Source: Methylophaga frappieri
Lineage (GTDB): Bacteria; Pseudomonadota; Gammaproteobacteria; Nitrosococcales; Methylophagaceae
Direction: 5' to 3'
DNA length: 32,000 bases
NCBI RefSeq assembly: GCF_000260965.1
Contig: NC_017856.1
Location: 1,500,001-1,532,000 of the forward strand
The notes beneath the pieces are model-generated. The model searched no databases. It had not been told where the DNA came from and saw only the letters and a program-made list of their open reading frames with translations. A program made the translations under genes and the position numbers. This document shows positions 1-7,549 of the stretch, in pieces (positions within the stretch are counted from its first letter, which is position 1; every line of letters begins with the position of its first letter).

Positions 1-316
1 CAGACTACGTAGTTCAAGATCAAAACAGTAGGTTTGCTCTCGGTGTAGTCGGCCCGACACTCAGCTTTCTAGGCTCACTAATCTGGGGTTTCGGAGATTT
101 GCTCAATAAATTTTTCGTTGGGTTCGGTGCAGGCTGTGCTTAACAATGCGCTGCAAAGGACGTTTGACCCGTCGCCGATTTTTTGGCATCCACCAAAAAC
201 GTGGCTGCCTCAAACGCCTCTCAGCTTAGGTTTTATGCCCATACGCCTCGATGCGATCTGCTTAATTTCGCTAACATTTCCCGTTGCCAGACTTTCAATA
301 CAAGAGATGATTCCCA

Positions 317-853
317 ATGAATTCAGCAGCTTTTAGTCAAATCGCCAAAGCCACATTGTCAATGGTGTTGTTAACCACCAGCCTATTTCCAGTCGCCTCT
401 GCGCAATCTGATATAGCAGCGGAATTGCGACAAAAGACCATGGAATGTCGTACTGCACGCATCGGCGACTGTGTCCGAGCTTGTTTTATTCCATCGCGGG
501 AGCTTGATGATGGTAGAGAGGTGTCAGAAGCCGACATTGAAGCCTGCCGAAATGCGCATGCTCAGCTAGCAACGCCTGCCAAACCTGAACCAACCTGGAC
601 ACCCGAATATGCGCCGCTGCCGGATGTGGTCGGCGTCTTTCGTGGTGCCTTGGTTAATGCCCAAGGGCGTGATGACTGGAAACGTTACTGCCGATCATCA
701 GCTATAGTCGGTGACGGTACACCGTGGAATGTGCCTAAAGGCGCCACCGTCAGGGTGTCGGGAATTCGCTACGTGACCAACCCTATTAACAGCTTTGATA
801 GAAGTAAGAACGCCTGCCGTGCGGATAGTGTTGAGGTTGTTTCGACACCCTAA
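317..853 (+). CDS. Secreted cysteine-rich hypothetical protein
   Basis: 178-aa ORF. The N-terminus (MNSAAFSQIAKATLSMVLLTTSLFPVASA/QSD) looks like a Sec signal peptide with an AxA cleavage site. The mature part has several Cys. I recognise no family. Confidence 0.5.
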   Translation: MNSAAFSQIAKATLSMVLLTTSLFPVASAQSDIAAELRQKTMECRTARIGDCVRACFIPSRELDDGREVSEADIEACRNAHAQLATPAKPEPTWTPEYAPLPDVVGVFRGALVNAQGRDDWKRYCRSSAIVGDGTPWNVPKGATVRVSGIRYVTNPINSFDRSKNACRADSVEVVSTP

Positions 854-1166
854 TTGAAGTGACGTCTGGTAAAGGCGTGATGAGGCATAGCCTTGAATCA
901 GATCGCTGTCTTTGATCGCCGGAGATGGCTCACGCTGCACGGCTATTCATGGCGTTAATTGACACATTGCTTCAGAGGTGGCGGCATAAAGCTCCATTTT
1001 GATCTCATCAAGCAAAACCTGATAGCGACTTTCTGAAGTATGCATCGCCTGTTGGTTTAATTTATTGGTAATGAGCGAGATAGAGCCATCTCGCTTCGCA
1101 TCGAAGTCTGGCAATACGGGACAAATTTTAATAAGGTAAGCCCTCATTTTAGGTGAGTTGTTTTCG

Positions 1167-2381
1167 ATGAATTCAAATCCCAAAACCCGCATATCCGGTA
1201 AGCCGCTTGAGGTTTTTCTCGCTTTTTTGAAACTTGGCTTAACGGCTTTTGGCGGCCCTATCGCGCATTTGGGATACTTCCGAACGGAATTTGTGGAACG
1301 ACGACGCTGGCTCAGTGATGCGCAATTTGGGCAATTGCTCGCTATTTGCCAGTTTTTGCCTGGCCCCGCCAGCAGCCAATTAGGCTTTACGCTTGGGTTA
1401 CTTCGTGGTGGCTGGCTGGGAGCGTTTGCGGCGTTCATGGCTTTTACCCTGCCCTCTGCAATATTACTTGTCGCTTTTGCCGCTGCCTTACCCTGGCTTT
1501 CTCAACCGATTGGCGAGGCTGCAATACACGGCCTAAAACTGGTTGCTTGTGCTGTCGTTGCCGATGCGGTTTTCGGCATGGCCAAAAAATTATGTCCTGA
1601 TTTGCTTCGGAAACTTATCGCCCTCTTATCGGCTGCTATCTTAATTTTTGCGTCGTCTGCTTTAACGCAGCTGGCTGTCATCGCTTTGGCGGCAGTGATG
1701 GGGATGGTTTTTATCAGGCAGACCAATCAGTCCACTTCTCAGACCCCAATCCCCCTTCCCTATGGAACCAAATTGGGTGCGATGCTGCTGGCTGTATTTG
1801 TCTTGTTATTGCTCGGTTTACCGCTCTTTGCTTCGAGCCAACTCGGGTTTATTTCTGTTGCTGAGGCATTTTATCGGGCGGGGGCTTTGGTATTTGGCGG
1901 TGGCCATGTTGTGTTGCCATTGCTACAGGATACGGTGGTCAGCAATGGCTGGGCTAATACACAAGACTTTTTAGCTGGTTATGGCGCAGCGCAGGCGATT
2001 CCGGGGCCAATGTTTGCCTTTTCGGCGTATTTGGGCGCTATTATTTCGCCATGGCAACAAACGTATTGGATGGCGGCGACGGCGCTGGTCTTTTTGTTTT
2101 TACCGGGCTTTTTATTAATTAGCGGTGTCTTGCCTTTTTGGCGTGTGATTTCACAAAATCCGAACGCGATTCGGGCAATCGCTGGTGTCAATGCAGCGGT
2201 TGTCGGCTTACTTGGCGCGGCATTATACGATCCAATTATCACGTCAGGTATTACGGGTTATCTGGATGTTTTTATCGTATTGATTGCGCTCGTTCTGCTG
2301 ATGCGATGGCGTATTAATCCGCTCTTTATCGTAGTTTGGTGTGTCAGCGCCTCGATTATTTCTTTCTGTTGCTTAGCTTAA
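1167..2381 (+). CDS. chrA: Chromate ion transporter (CHR family) ChrA
   Basis: Polytopic membrane ORF with the typical ChrA N-terminus FLKLGLTAFGGPIAHLGYFRTEFVERRRWLSDAQF...FLPGPASSQ, repeated as a second half-domain (ALVFGGGHVVLPLLQ...AIPGPMF). The track starts at TTG 1158. ATG 1167 sits behind AGGTGA (1151-1156) and is the more likely start. Confidence 0.9.
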   Translation: MNSNPKTRISGKPLEVFLAFLKLGLTAFGGPIAHLGYFRTEFVERRRWLSDAQFGQLLAICQFLPGPASSQLGFTLGLLRGGWLGAFAAFMAFTLPSAILLVAFAAALPWLSQPIGEAAIHGLKLVACAVVADAVFGMAKKLCPDLLRKLIALLSAAILIFASSALTQLAVIALAAVMGMVFIRQTNQSTSQTPIPLPYGTKLGAMLLAVFVLLLLGLPLFASSQLGFISVAEAFYRAGALVFGGGHVVLPLLQDTVVSNGWANTQDFLAGYGAAQAIPGPMFAFSAYLGAIISPWQQTYWMAATALVFLFLPGFLLISGVLPFWRVISQNPNAIRAIAGVNAAVVGLLGAALYDPIITSGITGYLDVFIVLIALVLLMRWRINPLFIVVWCVSASIISFCCLA

Positions 2382-2473
2382 TCCGACTCGCGCACAAAGC
2401 TGTTGGGATAAGGTTACCCGTCATCGATGGCTTGGCGTAAGATAATCATTTCGTTAATGATTAAAAGTGAATA

Positions 2474-2659
2474 ATGGCGACAAAAGACAATCTTGAACCA
2501 GAGACCTTAACCACGGAAGCTGAGTCGTGCTGTAATGACGCGGGTTGCTGCGCCCCACAAAGCCCCATCACACGCGATTACCCCAAAATTGGCAGAAATG
2601 ATCCCTGCCCGTGCGGTAGTGAGAAAAAGTTTAAAAAATGCTGCGGCAAAAACAGTTAG
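2474..2659 (+). CDS. Small SEC-C motif metal-binding protein
   Basis: 61-aa ORF ending in the SEC-C motif [19 protein letters not shown], with an additional N-terminal CC..CC cluster. Confidence 0.7.
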   Translation: MATKDNLEPETLTTEAESCCNDAGCCAPQSPITRDYPKIGRNDPCPCGSEKKFKKCCGKNS

Positions 2660-2745
2660 TTTGAGGGTGCAGATGCCTTTCATTTATACGGAAAGTTATT
2701 TTTGGGGTTACATCGACACCGTTGTTACCCACCCCATTGTTTGGC

Positions 2746-3111
2746 ATGACATACGCAGAATTTAATGATTTTTGTGGCGCGCTACCTGCAACAACCTATG
2801 TCATGCAATGGGGCAAGGCGCATGTTTGGAAAGTAGGCGGTAAAGTCTTTGCGATTGGTGGTTGGGAAAAAGAAAGTGATCCTGCTTTTACCTTTAAAAC
2901 CTCAACCTTAAACTTCAATATTTTGCGAGATGAGCCGGGCTTTCGAGCCGCGCCATACATGGCAGCCAGAGGCATGAAATGGATTCAGCAATATGCTGTC
3001 ATCGAAGGTGGCGATGCAGATCTCAAAGACTATATTCAAGAATCACACCGGCTGGTATCACTTGGCCTGACCAAGGCGCAACAAAAAGCATTAGGGCTTA
3101 ATCAACGTTAA
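2746..3111 (+). CDS. MmcQ/YjbR family DNA-binding protein
   Basis: MTYAEFNDFCGALPATTYVMQWGKAHVWKVGGKVFAIGGW... matches the pattern of YjbR/MmcQ-family proteins. The internal ATG at 2746 is preferred over the track start 2722. Confidence 0.7.
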   Translation: MTYAEFNDFCGALPATTYVMQWGKAHVWKVGGKVFAIGGWEKESDPAFTFKTSTLNFNILRDEPGFRAAPYMAARGMKWIQQYAVIEGGDADLKDYIQESHRLVSLGLTKAQQKALGLNQR

Positions 3112-3244
3112 ACATTCTTTTTTGTTGAAACCTGAAGTCAAACTAGATTGATATTAGGATATAAAGCGAGTAAGTGTTTGATGAATCACTGCCAATTTGA
3201 GGGAGACTGTTAGCTGTTCAACGTATTAATCAAGGAGAGATGCA

Positions 3245-4291
3245 ATGAACAAACAAAGACTGATTGTTTTATTCGATGGGACCTGGAATGACCCGGAAGA
3301 TCAGACCAACGTATACAGATTGTCTCGTCAGATTCACGACTACGATGGCGAGATACACCAGCGGTTCTTTTATGATCCGGGCGTCGGGACCTCCAAATTG
3401 TCCCGTTTTCTTGGTGGCACCTTTGGCTATGGTCTGAGTGAAAATCTCCGGCAAGGCTATGAGTGGCTGGTAAAGCGATATTCAGCCGGTGATGAAATCT
3501 GGGTTTTTGGTTTCAGCCGTGGCGCGTATACGGCGCGAAGCCTCGTTGGCATGATCAGAAAATGTGGCCTGCTCCATATAACAAAACCAAAATTGCTCGA
3601 CGATGCCGAAAAATTGTATCGCAACAAAGAAGCAGCTCCCGATTCCGATGAATGTAAACAGTTTCGGGCCACCTATAGCCGGGAAGTCAAAATCCATTTC
3701 ATCGGCGTATGGGATACGGTCGGGGCGCTCGGTATTCCCGGAACCAATCTGTCTGAGTATGGAAAGTATTCGTGGCACGACACCGAGCTGTCGAGCATTG
3801 TCGAACGAGCCTACCATGCCATGGCACTTGATGAGTTTCGAGCCGTCTATGATGTGGCGCTTTGGACCAGTCCAGAAGGCACAACTAAACCGAGTCAACT
3901 GGCTCTGGAACAACGGTGGTTCATTGGTGCGCATGCGAATGTTGGAGGTGGATACGGGGCAGATCCGCTCGCCGACATCTCATTGGCATGGATGAGCGCC
4001 AAAGCCCGGAATGCAGGGCTAGTGCTTGATGATTATGCAGCTGATAACAAAGCGTGGCACAGCGCACCAGCGCCCTCGTTCAACGAGTTTCTTGGTGGAG
4101 CCTATGCGTTCTTCAGACGCCTCAAAGCCAAAGGAGACGGCAAACACTTTCGTAAATACGCCACCGGACATAATGACTATCCAGCAGTCAATGTGACGGT
4201 CGACGAAAGTGTTTGGCAAAGGTGGCGAGATCCGCAATTTTCATATAAACCGAAAACACTGGTTGATGCCGGGCTGGAAGCGCCCGAGTGA
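3245..4291 (+). CDS. DUF2235 domain alpha/beta hydrolase (Tle1-like phospholipase fold)
   Basis: The N-terminus LIVLFDGTWNDPEDQTNVYRL and the GxSxG nucleophile elbow GFSRGAYTARSLVGMI are characteristic of DUF2235. A strong RBS (AAGGAGAG) precedes ATG 3245. Confidence 0.8.
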   Translation: MNKQRLIVLFDGTWNDPEDQTNVYRLSRQIHDYDGEIHQRFFYDPGVGTSKLSRFLGGTFGYGLSENLRQGYEWLVKRYSAGDEIWVFGFSRGAYTARSLVGMIRKCGLLHITKPKLLDDAEKLYRNKEAAPDSDECKQFRATYSREVKIHFIGVWDTVGALGIPGTNLSEYGKYSWHDTELSSIVERAYHAMALDEFRAVYDVALWTSPEGTTKPSQLALEQRWFIGAHANVGGGYGADPLADISLAWMSAKARNAGLVLDDYAADNKAWHSAPAPSFNEFLGGAYAFFRRLKAKGDGKHFRKYATGHNDYPAVNVTVDESVWQRWRDPQFSYKPKTLVDAGLEAPE

Positions 4292-4307
4292 CGTAGCCTT
4301 GCAAGCG

Positions 4308-4946
4308 TTACGACGGCCAACGCAAGTCCTGATCGACACATTGATAGATCTGACCGATGCTGTCAGCGTCGCTCAATAATTGATGCGCCAATCTGGCTAC
4401 TTCACTACGATAAATTAAGCCATGCACTTCATCATGTTGTGATAATTGGCCGGTATGGGTGATGCCGCCATCTTTGAGGCCACCGGGGCGCAAAATGGTG
4501 TAATCAAGAAGACTGGTTTGCAGCCATGATTCTGCGAGAGACTTTTCCCGAACGGCTGCACCGAAACCTTGCTTGGAGCGCTCGGACAGATATTGCCAGG
4601 AGTCCCCACAACCCAACGAGGTCACCAGTAGAAATCGCAAGACGTTATTGGCTTCCAGTGCATTTATCAGATGACGGTGACCGATATAATCGACCGGTAC
4701 CTCAGCCCGATAACTGCCCATGGTTGAAATAACCCATGCCGCTTTGGGAAGCGCAGCAACCACTTCATTAACTTGCGACGCTTGTGTGGCATCACAGGAA
4801 AACGTTTGTAAACCAAACGCTGAAAGCTGTGGGTTTTTGGATGGATCCCGCGCTACGGCAATCACCTTGCAGCCTTGGTGGTGAAACAATTCAACCATTG
4901 CCGCACCCAGACCACTTCCTGCCCCCCAAATAACCACTGTTTGCAT
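4308..4946 (-). CDS. NAD(P)-binding SDR/NmrA-like oxidoreductase
   Basis: 212-aa ORF with an N-terminal Rossmann motif VVIWGAGSGLGAAMV. Its length and layout match atypical SDR / NAD(P)H-binding proteins. Confidence 0.7.
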   Translation of the reverse strand: MQTVVIWGAGSGLGAAMVELFHHQGCKVIAVARDPSKNPQLSAFGLQTFSCDATQASQVNEVVAALPKAAWVISTMGSYRAEVPVDYIGHRHLINALEANNVLRFLLVTSLGCGDSWQYLSERSKQGFGAAVREKSLAESWLQTSLLDYTILRPGGLKDGGITHTGQLSQHDEVHGLIYRSEVARLAHQLLSDADSIGQIYQCVDQDLRWPS

Positions 4947-4958
4947 AGCCCCTCCGCC

Positions 4959-5165
4959 TTAGATATGACGATGTTCGTCTGGTAAAAAAATATCTTCGAT
5001 TTTCAGCTGAAAATACTGCGCTATCTTGAATGCCAACGGCAAACTGGGATCGTACTTACCATTTTCGATGGAATTGATGGTCTGCCGAGAAACATTGAGT
5101 TGGCTGGCTATTTCTGCCTGCGAAATGCCGTGCTGATTTCTGAGCACTCGCAGTGTGTTATTCAT
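4959..5165 (-). CDS. XRE-family helix-turn-helix transcriptional regulator (short, 68 aa)
   Basis: LRNQHGISQAEIASQLNVSRQTINSIENGKYDPSLPLAFKIAQYF is a canonical HTH_3/XRE fold. The start overlaps the stop of the upstream membrane-protein gene in an ATGA junction (5162-5165). Confidence 0.9.
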   Translation of the reverse strand: MNNTLRVLRNQHGISQAEIASQLNVSRQTINSIENGKYDPSLPLAFKIAQYFQLKIEDIFLPDEHRHI

Positions 5166-5539
5166 TTATACATTCTTGCGACAAACGGCGTCGCAAAACC
5201 CCAGACCACCATCATAAACGGCAGAATCCAGACATACGGGATGCTGGGAAAGCCGACATTTTCCAGAAAGCCATAAGTAAATGTGCTCAAACCAACAATA
5301 GCAAAACTGAGTGCAAAGCTCATTAGTTGGATACGTTGCTGTAATTCATCTAAGCGGGCGACAGCGCGAATAATAGCCGCAGTCGCCATTAATGCCGGCA
5401 CTACGGGTAAGAGCGCTACCCAAATCCGCCATGGGGATTGTGGATACATGATCAAAAACCCAATACTAAAAAAAATCGCCAGAGTGTATAGCGCCATACT
5501 CGAACCGAATTCAATCAGGTATTGCTTACTGTTTAGCAT
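5162..5539 (-). CDS. Four-TM membrane protein co-transcribed with the XRE regulator
   Basis: Hydrophobic ORF with about 4 predicted helices, coupled to the HTH gene by a 4-nt overlap. ATG 5539 (MLNSKQY...) is preferred. The track start 5593 would run through the upstream inverted repeat. Confidence 0.6.
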   Translation of the reverse strand: MLNSKQYLIEFGSSMALYTLAIFFSIGFLIMYPQSPWRIWVALLPVVPALMATAAIIRAVARLDELQQRIQLMSFALSFAIVGLSTFTYGFLENVGFPSIPYVWILPFMMVVWGFATPFVARMYK

Positions 5540-5554
5540 ATCGCCCTCCCGAGA

Positions 5555-5612
5555 TGTAAAGATGACTTGACACATTATGCGACCACCCTGCAAGTGTCAA
5601 GCGTACTTTACA
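5555..5612. promoter_or_regulatory. Large imperfect inverted repeat upstream of the membrane-protein/XRE operon (candidate operator)
   Basis: TGTAAAGatgaCTTGACAC (5555-5573) and GTGTCAAGcgtaCTTTACA (5594-5612) are reverse complements at 15/19 positions, with a 20-bp spacer. The repeat lies just upstream of ATG 5539. Confidence 0.4.
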
Positions 5613-5734
5613 TTGGGATAGCGATTTGTCATGGTTAACCATGTCTGCGCAGAGTGAGTCTTGGCACCTTGAATTTACAGACGAAAAAGGCCAATCTGTA
5701 AGTATGATTTGAATCTGCCATTAGGAAATAAATC

Positions 5735-6028
5735 ATGCGTTTGGGATGGGTGATCGCTGGCAACGTTTTGCAGCTTTGTTATGCATTGCTGGCTTTTATG
5801 GCGGTGGTTTTCTCCTCAGCCAGTCTGGTTAACACGCAATCATTAACGCCAATGCAGCATTTTATTCTGGATAATGCGCTGCATGTTTTACCCTTGGTAT
5901 CCTTGGTGATCATCGTTTTGACTAGTGCTTTGTATTTTGCCGATGCGGCAGCACGATGGTATTGGCTTCATGCTATTCCGATTCTGTTAGGGATAGCTTA
6001 TATTAGTTATGCAGTCGGTCTGAACTAA
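5735..6028 (+). CDS. Small hypothetical membrane protein (about 3 TM)
   Basis: 97-aa hydrophobic ORF with AGGAAA upstream of the ATG. I recognise no family. Confidence 0.45.
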   Translation: MRLGWVIAGNVLQLCYALLAFMAVVFSSASLVNTQSLTPMQHFILDNALHVLPLVSLVIIVLTSALYFADAAARWYWLHAIPILLGIAYISYAVGLN

Positions 6029-6135
6029 ACCCGCTTGTTTATTTCATTGGGTTAGACAGCACTTGCTGATTTGGCTATTGACCTTGCTTAATCCCCCACA
6101 CTATCAAATGTATACCGGCTATTCAGGTAGGATGA

Positions 6136-6654
6136 ATGATGTATTTGGAAAAACGACCAACGAGCGTGAGCGTTATTGCATGGGCATGGATCGTTATTGG
6201 TTTTTTGATGCTGATTTCGGCCACATTGGGATTGTTTGCTCATCTGGTAACCAGCGGTTACTTTTCTGAATCTGATTGGCAATTTACCACTTACTTGTAC
6301 CCGACCATTGCCCTGACTCAAATCGCAGTCGCGATCATGGGCCTCGTTGCTGGCATTTTTTTTCTGAAGATGCGGCCTTGGGCACGCTTTACTCTCGAAA
6401 TCCTCACTTGGCTATCAATACTGCTGTTAGCCGGTTTTTTCTTTTTCGTCATGATGAAAATACTGAACATGGGTTCGGTGGACGCATCACATGCTCCTCA
6501 AATTGTGTCGATATTCATGACATTCGCCATGATACTCATGTACGGATTACCTTTATTTTTTGTACTGCGCAGGCTGAGAAGCCCGAAGGTCAGATTAGCT
6601 GTAAATGCGCAGGCTAATGCGGCAGTTGAACCGGCACAGGATAACCCTGCTTAG
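6136..6654 (+). CDS. Hypothetical membrane protein (about 4 TM)
   Basis: 172-aa ORF with four long hydrophobic segments and a hydrophilic tail. An RBS-like AGGTAGGA lies upstream. Confidence 0.55.
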   Translation: MMYLEKRPTSVSVIAWAWIVIGFLMLISATLGLFAHLVTSGYFSESDWQFTTYLYPTIALTQIAVAIMGLVAGIFFLKMRPWARFTLEILTWLSILLLAGFFFFVMMKILNMGSVDASHAPQIVSIFMTFAMILMYGLPLFFVLRRLRSPKVRLAVNAQANAAVEPAQDNPA

Positions 6655-6711
6655 CGCACTGCCAGTCATCAAACTGCTTTTAAAAAATAAACAAACCTAT
6701 CGAGGTAAACC

Positions 6712-7125
6712 ATGCAAACCAGACCAGACATCACCATTTCGACTATCGATTCACAACGGCTTTATCAATTGATCGATGCGTTACCAGACACCAATCATGC
6801 TGCGATTATCAATCTTGAAGAAGAGCTTGAACGCGCCACATTGGTTTCGCCACAAGAAGTGCCGCCGACAATTGTGACCATGAATTCGACCGTGCAGTTT
6901 GTTATCGAATCGACGCAAAAATCGTTTGAACTGACACTCGTATATCCGAAAGATATGGATGACAGTGGACAAACCTTGTCTATTTTGTCACCAGTTGGCA
7001 GCGCCTTGCTCGGTCTGGCTATCGGCGATCAAATTGAGTGGCCTAATCCAAGCGGTGATACCTTGAAAGTCACCATCATCGATATCCTTTATCAACCCGA
7101 ACGCGCAGGCGACTACCAGCGTTAA
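6712..7125 (+). CDS. rnk: Nucleoside diphosphate kinase regulator Rnk (GreA/GreB C-terminal domain family)
   Basis: 137 aa. It has a short N-terminal helical part and a Gre-type C-terminal domain (VTMNSTVQF...LSILSPVGSALLGLAIGDQIEW...LKVTIIDILYQPE). Confidence 0.85.
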   Translation: MQTRPDITISTIDSQRLYQLIDALPDTNHAAIINLEEELERATLVSPQEVPPTIVTMNSTVQFVIESTQKSFELTLVYPKDMDDSGQTLSILSPVGSALLGLAIGDQIEWPNPSGDTLKVTIIDILYQPERAGDYQR

Positions 7126-7225
7126 TGATTTCCAGCATTCGCGGTGGTTACCCTGGTGGAAGATTTCCCCCCGCCAGCGCGAATATGATTAAATTGGGTT
7201 TTGATACCGTCATCAGGAGGTTGCT

Positions 7226-7492
7226 ATGGCTGGAGGATGGTCCCGAGATGGGGCGGTACAAGATCAAATTGATGCCAGTGTCGAGGATGCGATTCATCAG
7301 GCACGGTCGCGTTTACCTAAAGGTGAGAGTCTGACGCATTGTGAAGAGTGCGATAAGCCTATCCCGCAGGCGCGGCGTGAGGCGATACCGGGCGTCAGGT
7401 TATGTGTGCAATGCCAGGAAATCGTTGATAAAGAAAACAAAGCAACTAGCTTATTTAACCGCCGCGGCAGTAAGGATAGTCAACTCCGTTAG
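7226..7492 (+). CDS. TraR/DksA family C4-type zinc-finger protein
   Basis: 88 aa with the CxxC-N17-CxxC finger (CEECDKPIPQARREAIPGVRLCVQCQE). A strong RBS AGGAGG lies upstream. Confidence 0.85.
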   Translation: MAGGWSRDGAVQDQIDASVEDAIHQARSRLPKGESLTHCEECDKPIPQARREAIPGVRLCVQCQEIVDKENKATSLFNRRGSKDSQLR

Positions 7493-7521
7493 CCGATTTC
7501 CATCTAAATTAGTGAGACAAT

Positions 7522-7549
7522 AAAAAAGGGCCGTTTGGCCCTTTTTTAT
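7522..7549. terminator. Bidirectional rho-independent terminator shared by the TraR/DksA gene and prlC
   Basis: AAAAAGGGCC-gttt-GGCCCTTTTT: a perfect GC-rich stem flanked by an A-run and a T-run, between convergent genes. Confidence 0.8.

Noticed and set aside
1-143. Reading frame 3 is open from the window edge to TAA at 141-143 and encodes a hydrophobic tail (...FALGVVGPTLSFLGSLIWGFGDLLNKFFVGFGAGCA).
   Set aside because: Only 46 codons are visible, I recognise no family, and the start is outside the window. It may be the 3' end of a membrane-protein gene, but I cannot support a call.
947-1438. 163-aa minus-strand ORF next to and overlapping chrA.
   Set aside because: Most of it is antisense to the well-supported chrA gene. 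Only the 947-1147 part (66 aa from an internal ATG) is non-overlapping, and that part has no convincing RBS and no recognisable family. It is left uncalled.
2443-2463. 8-bp inverted repeat TAATCATT-tcgtt-AATGATTA just upstream of the SEC-C motif gene.
   Set aside because: It is short, AT-rich and occurs once. It could be an operator, but it is equally consistent with chance in an AT-rich promoter.
3482-3995. Several ORFs of 130-150 aa on both strands inside the DUF2235 gene.
   Set aside because: These are shadow ORFs within a gene that has clear family motifs. They have low-complexity, Arg/Ser-rich translations and no independent start signals.
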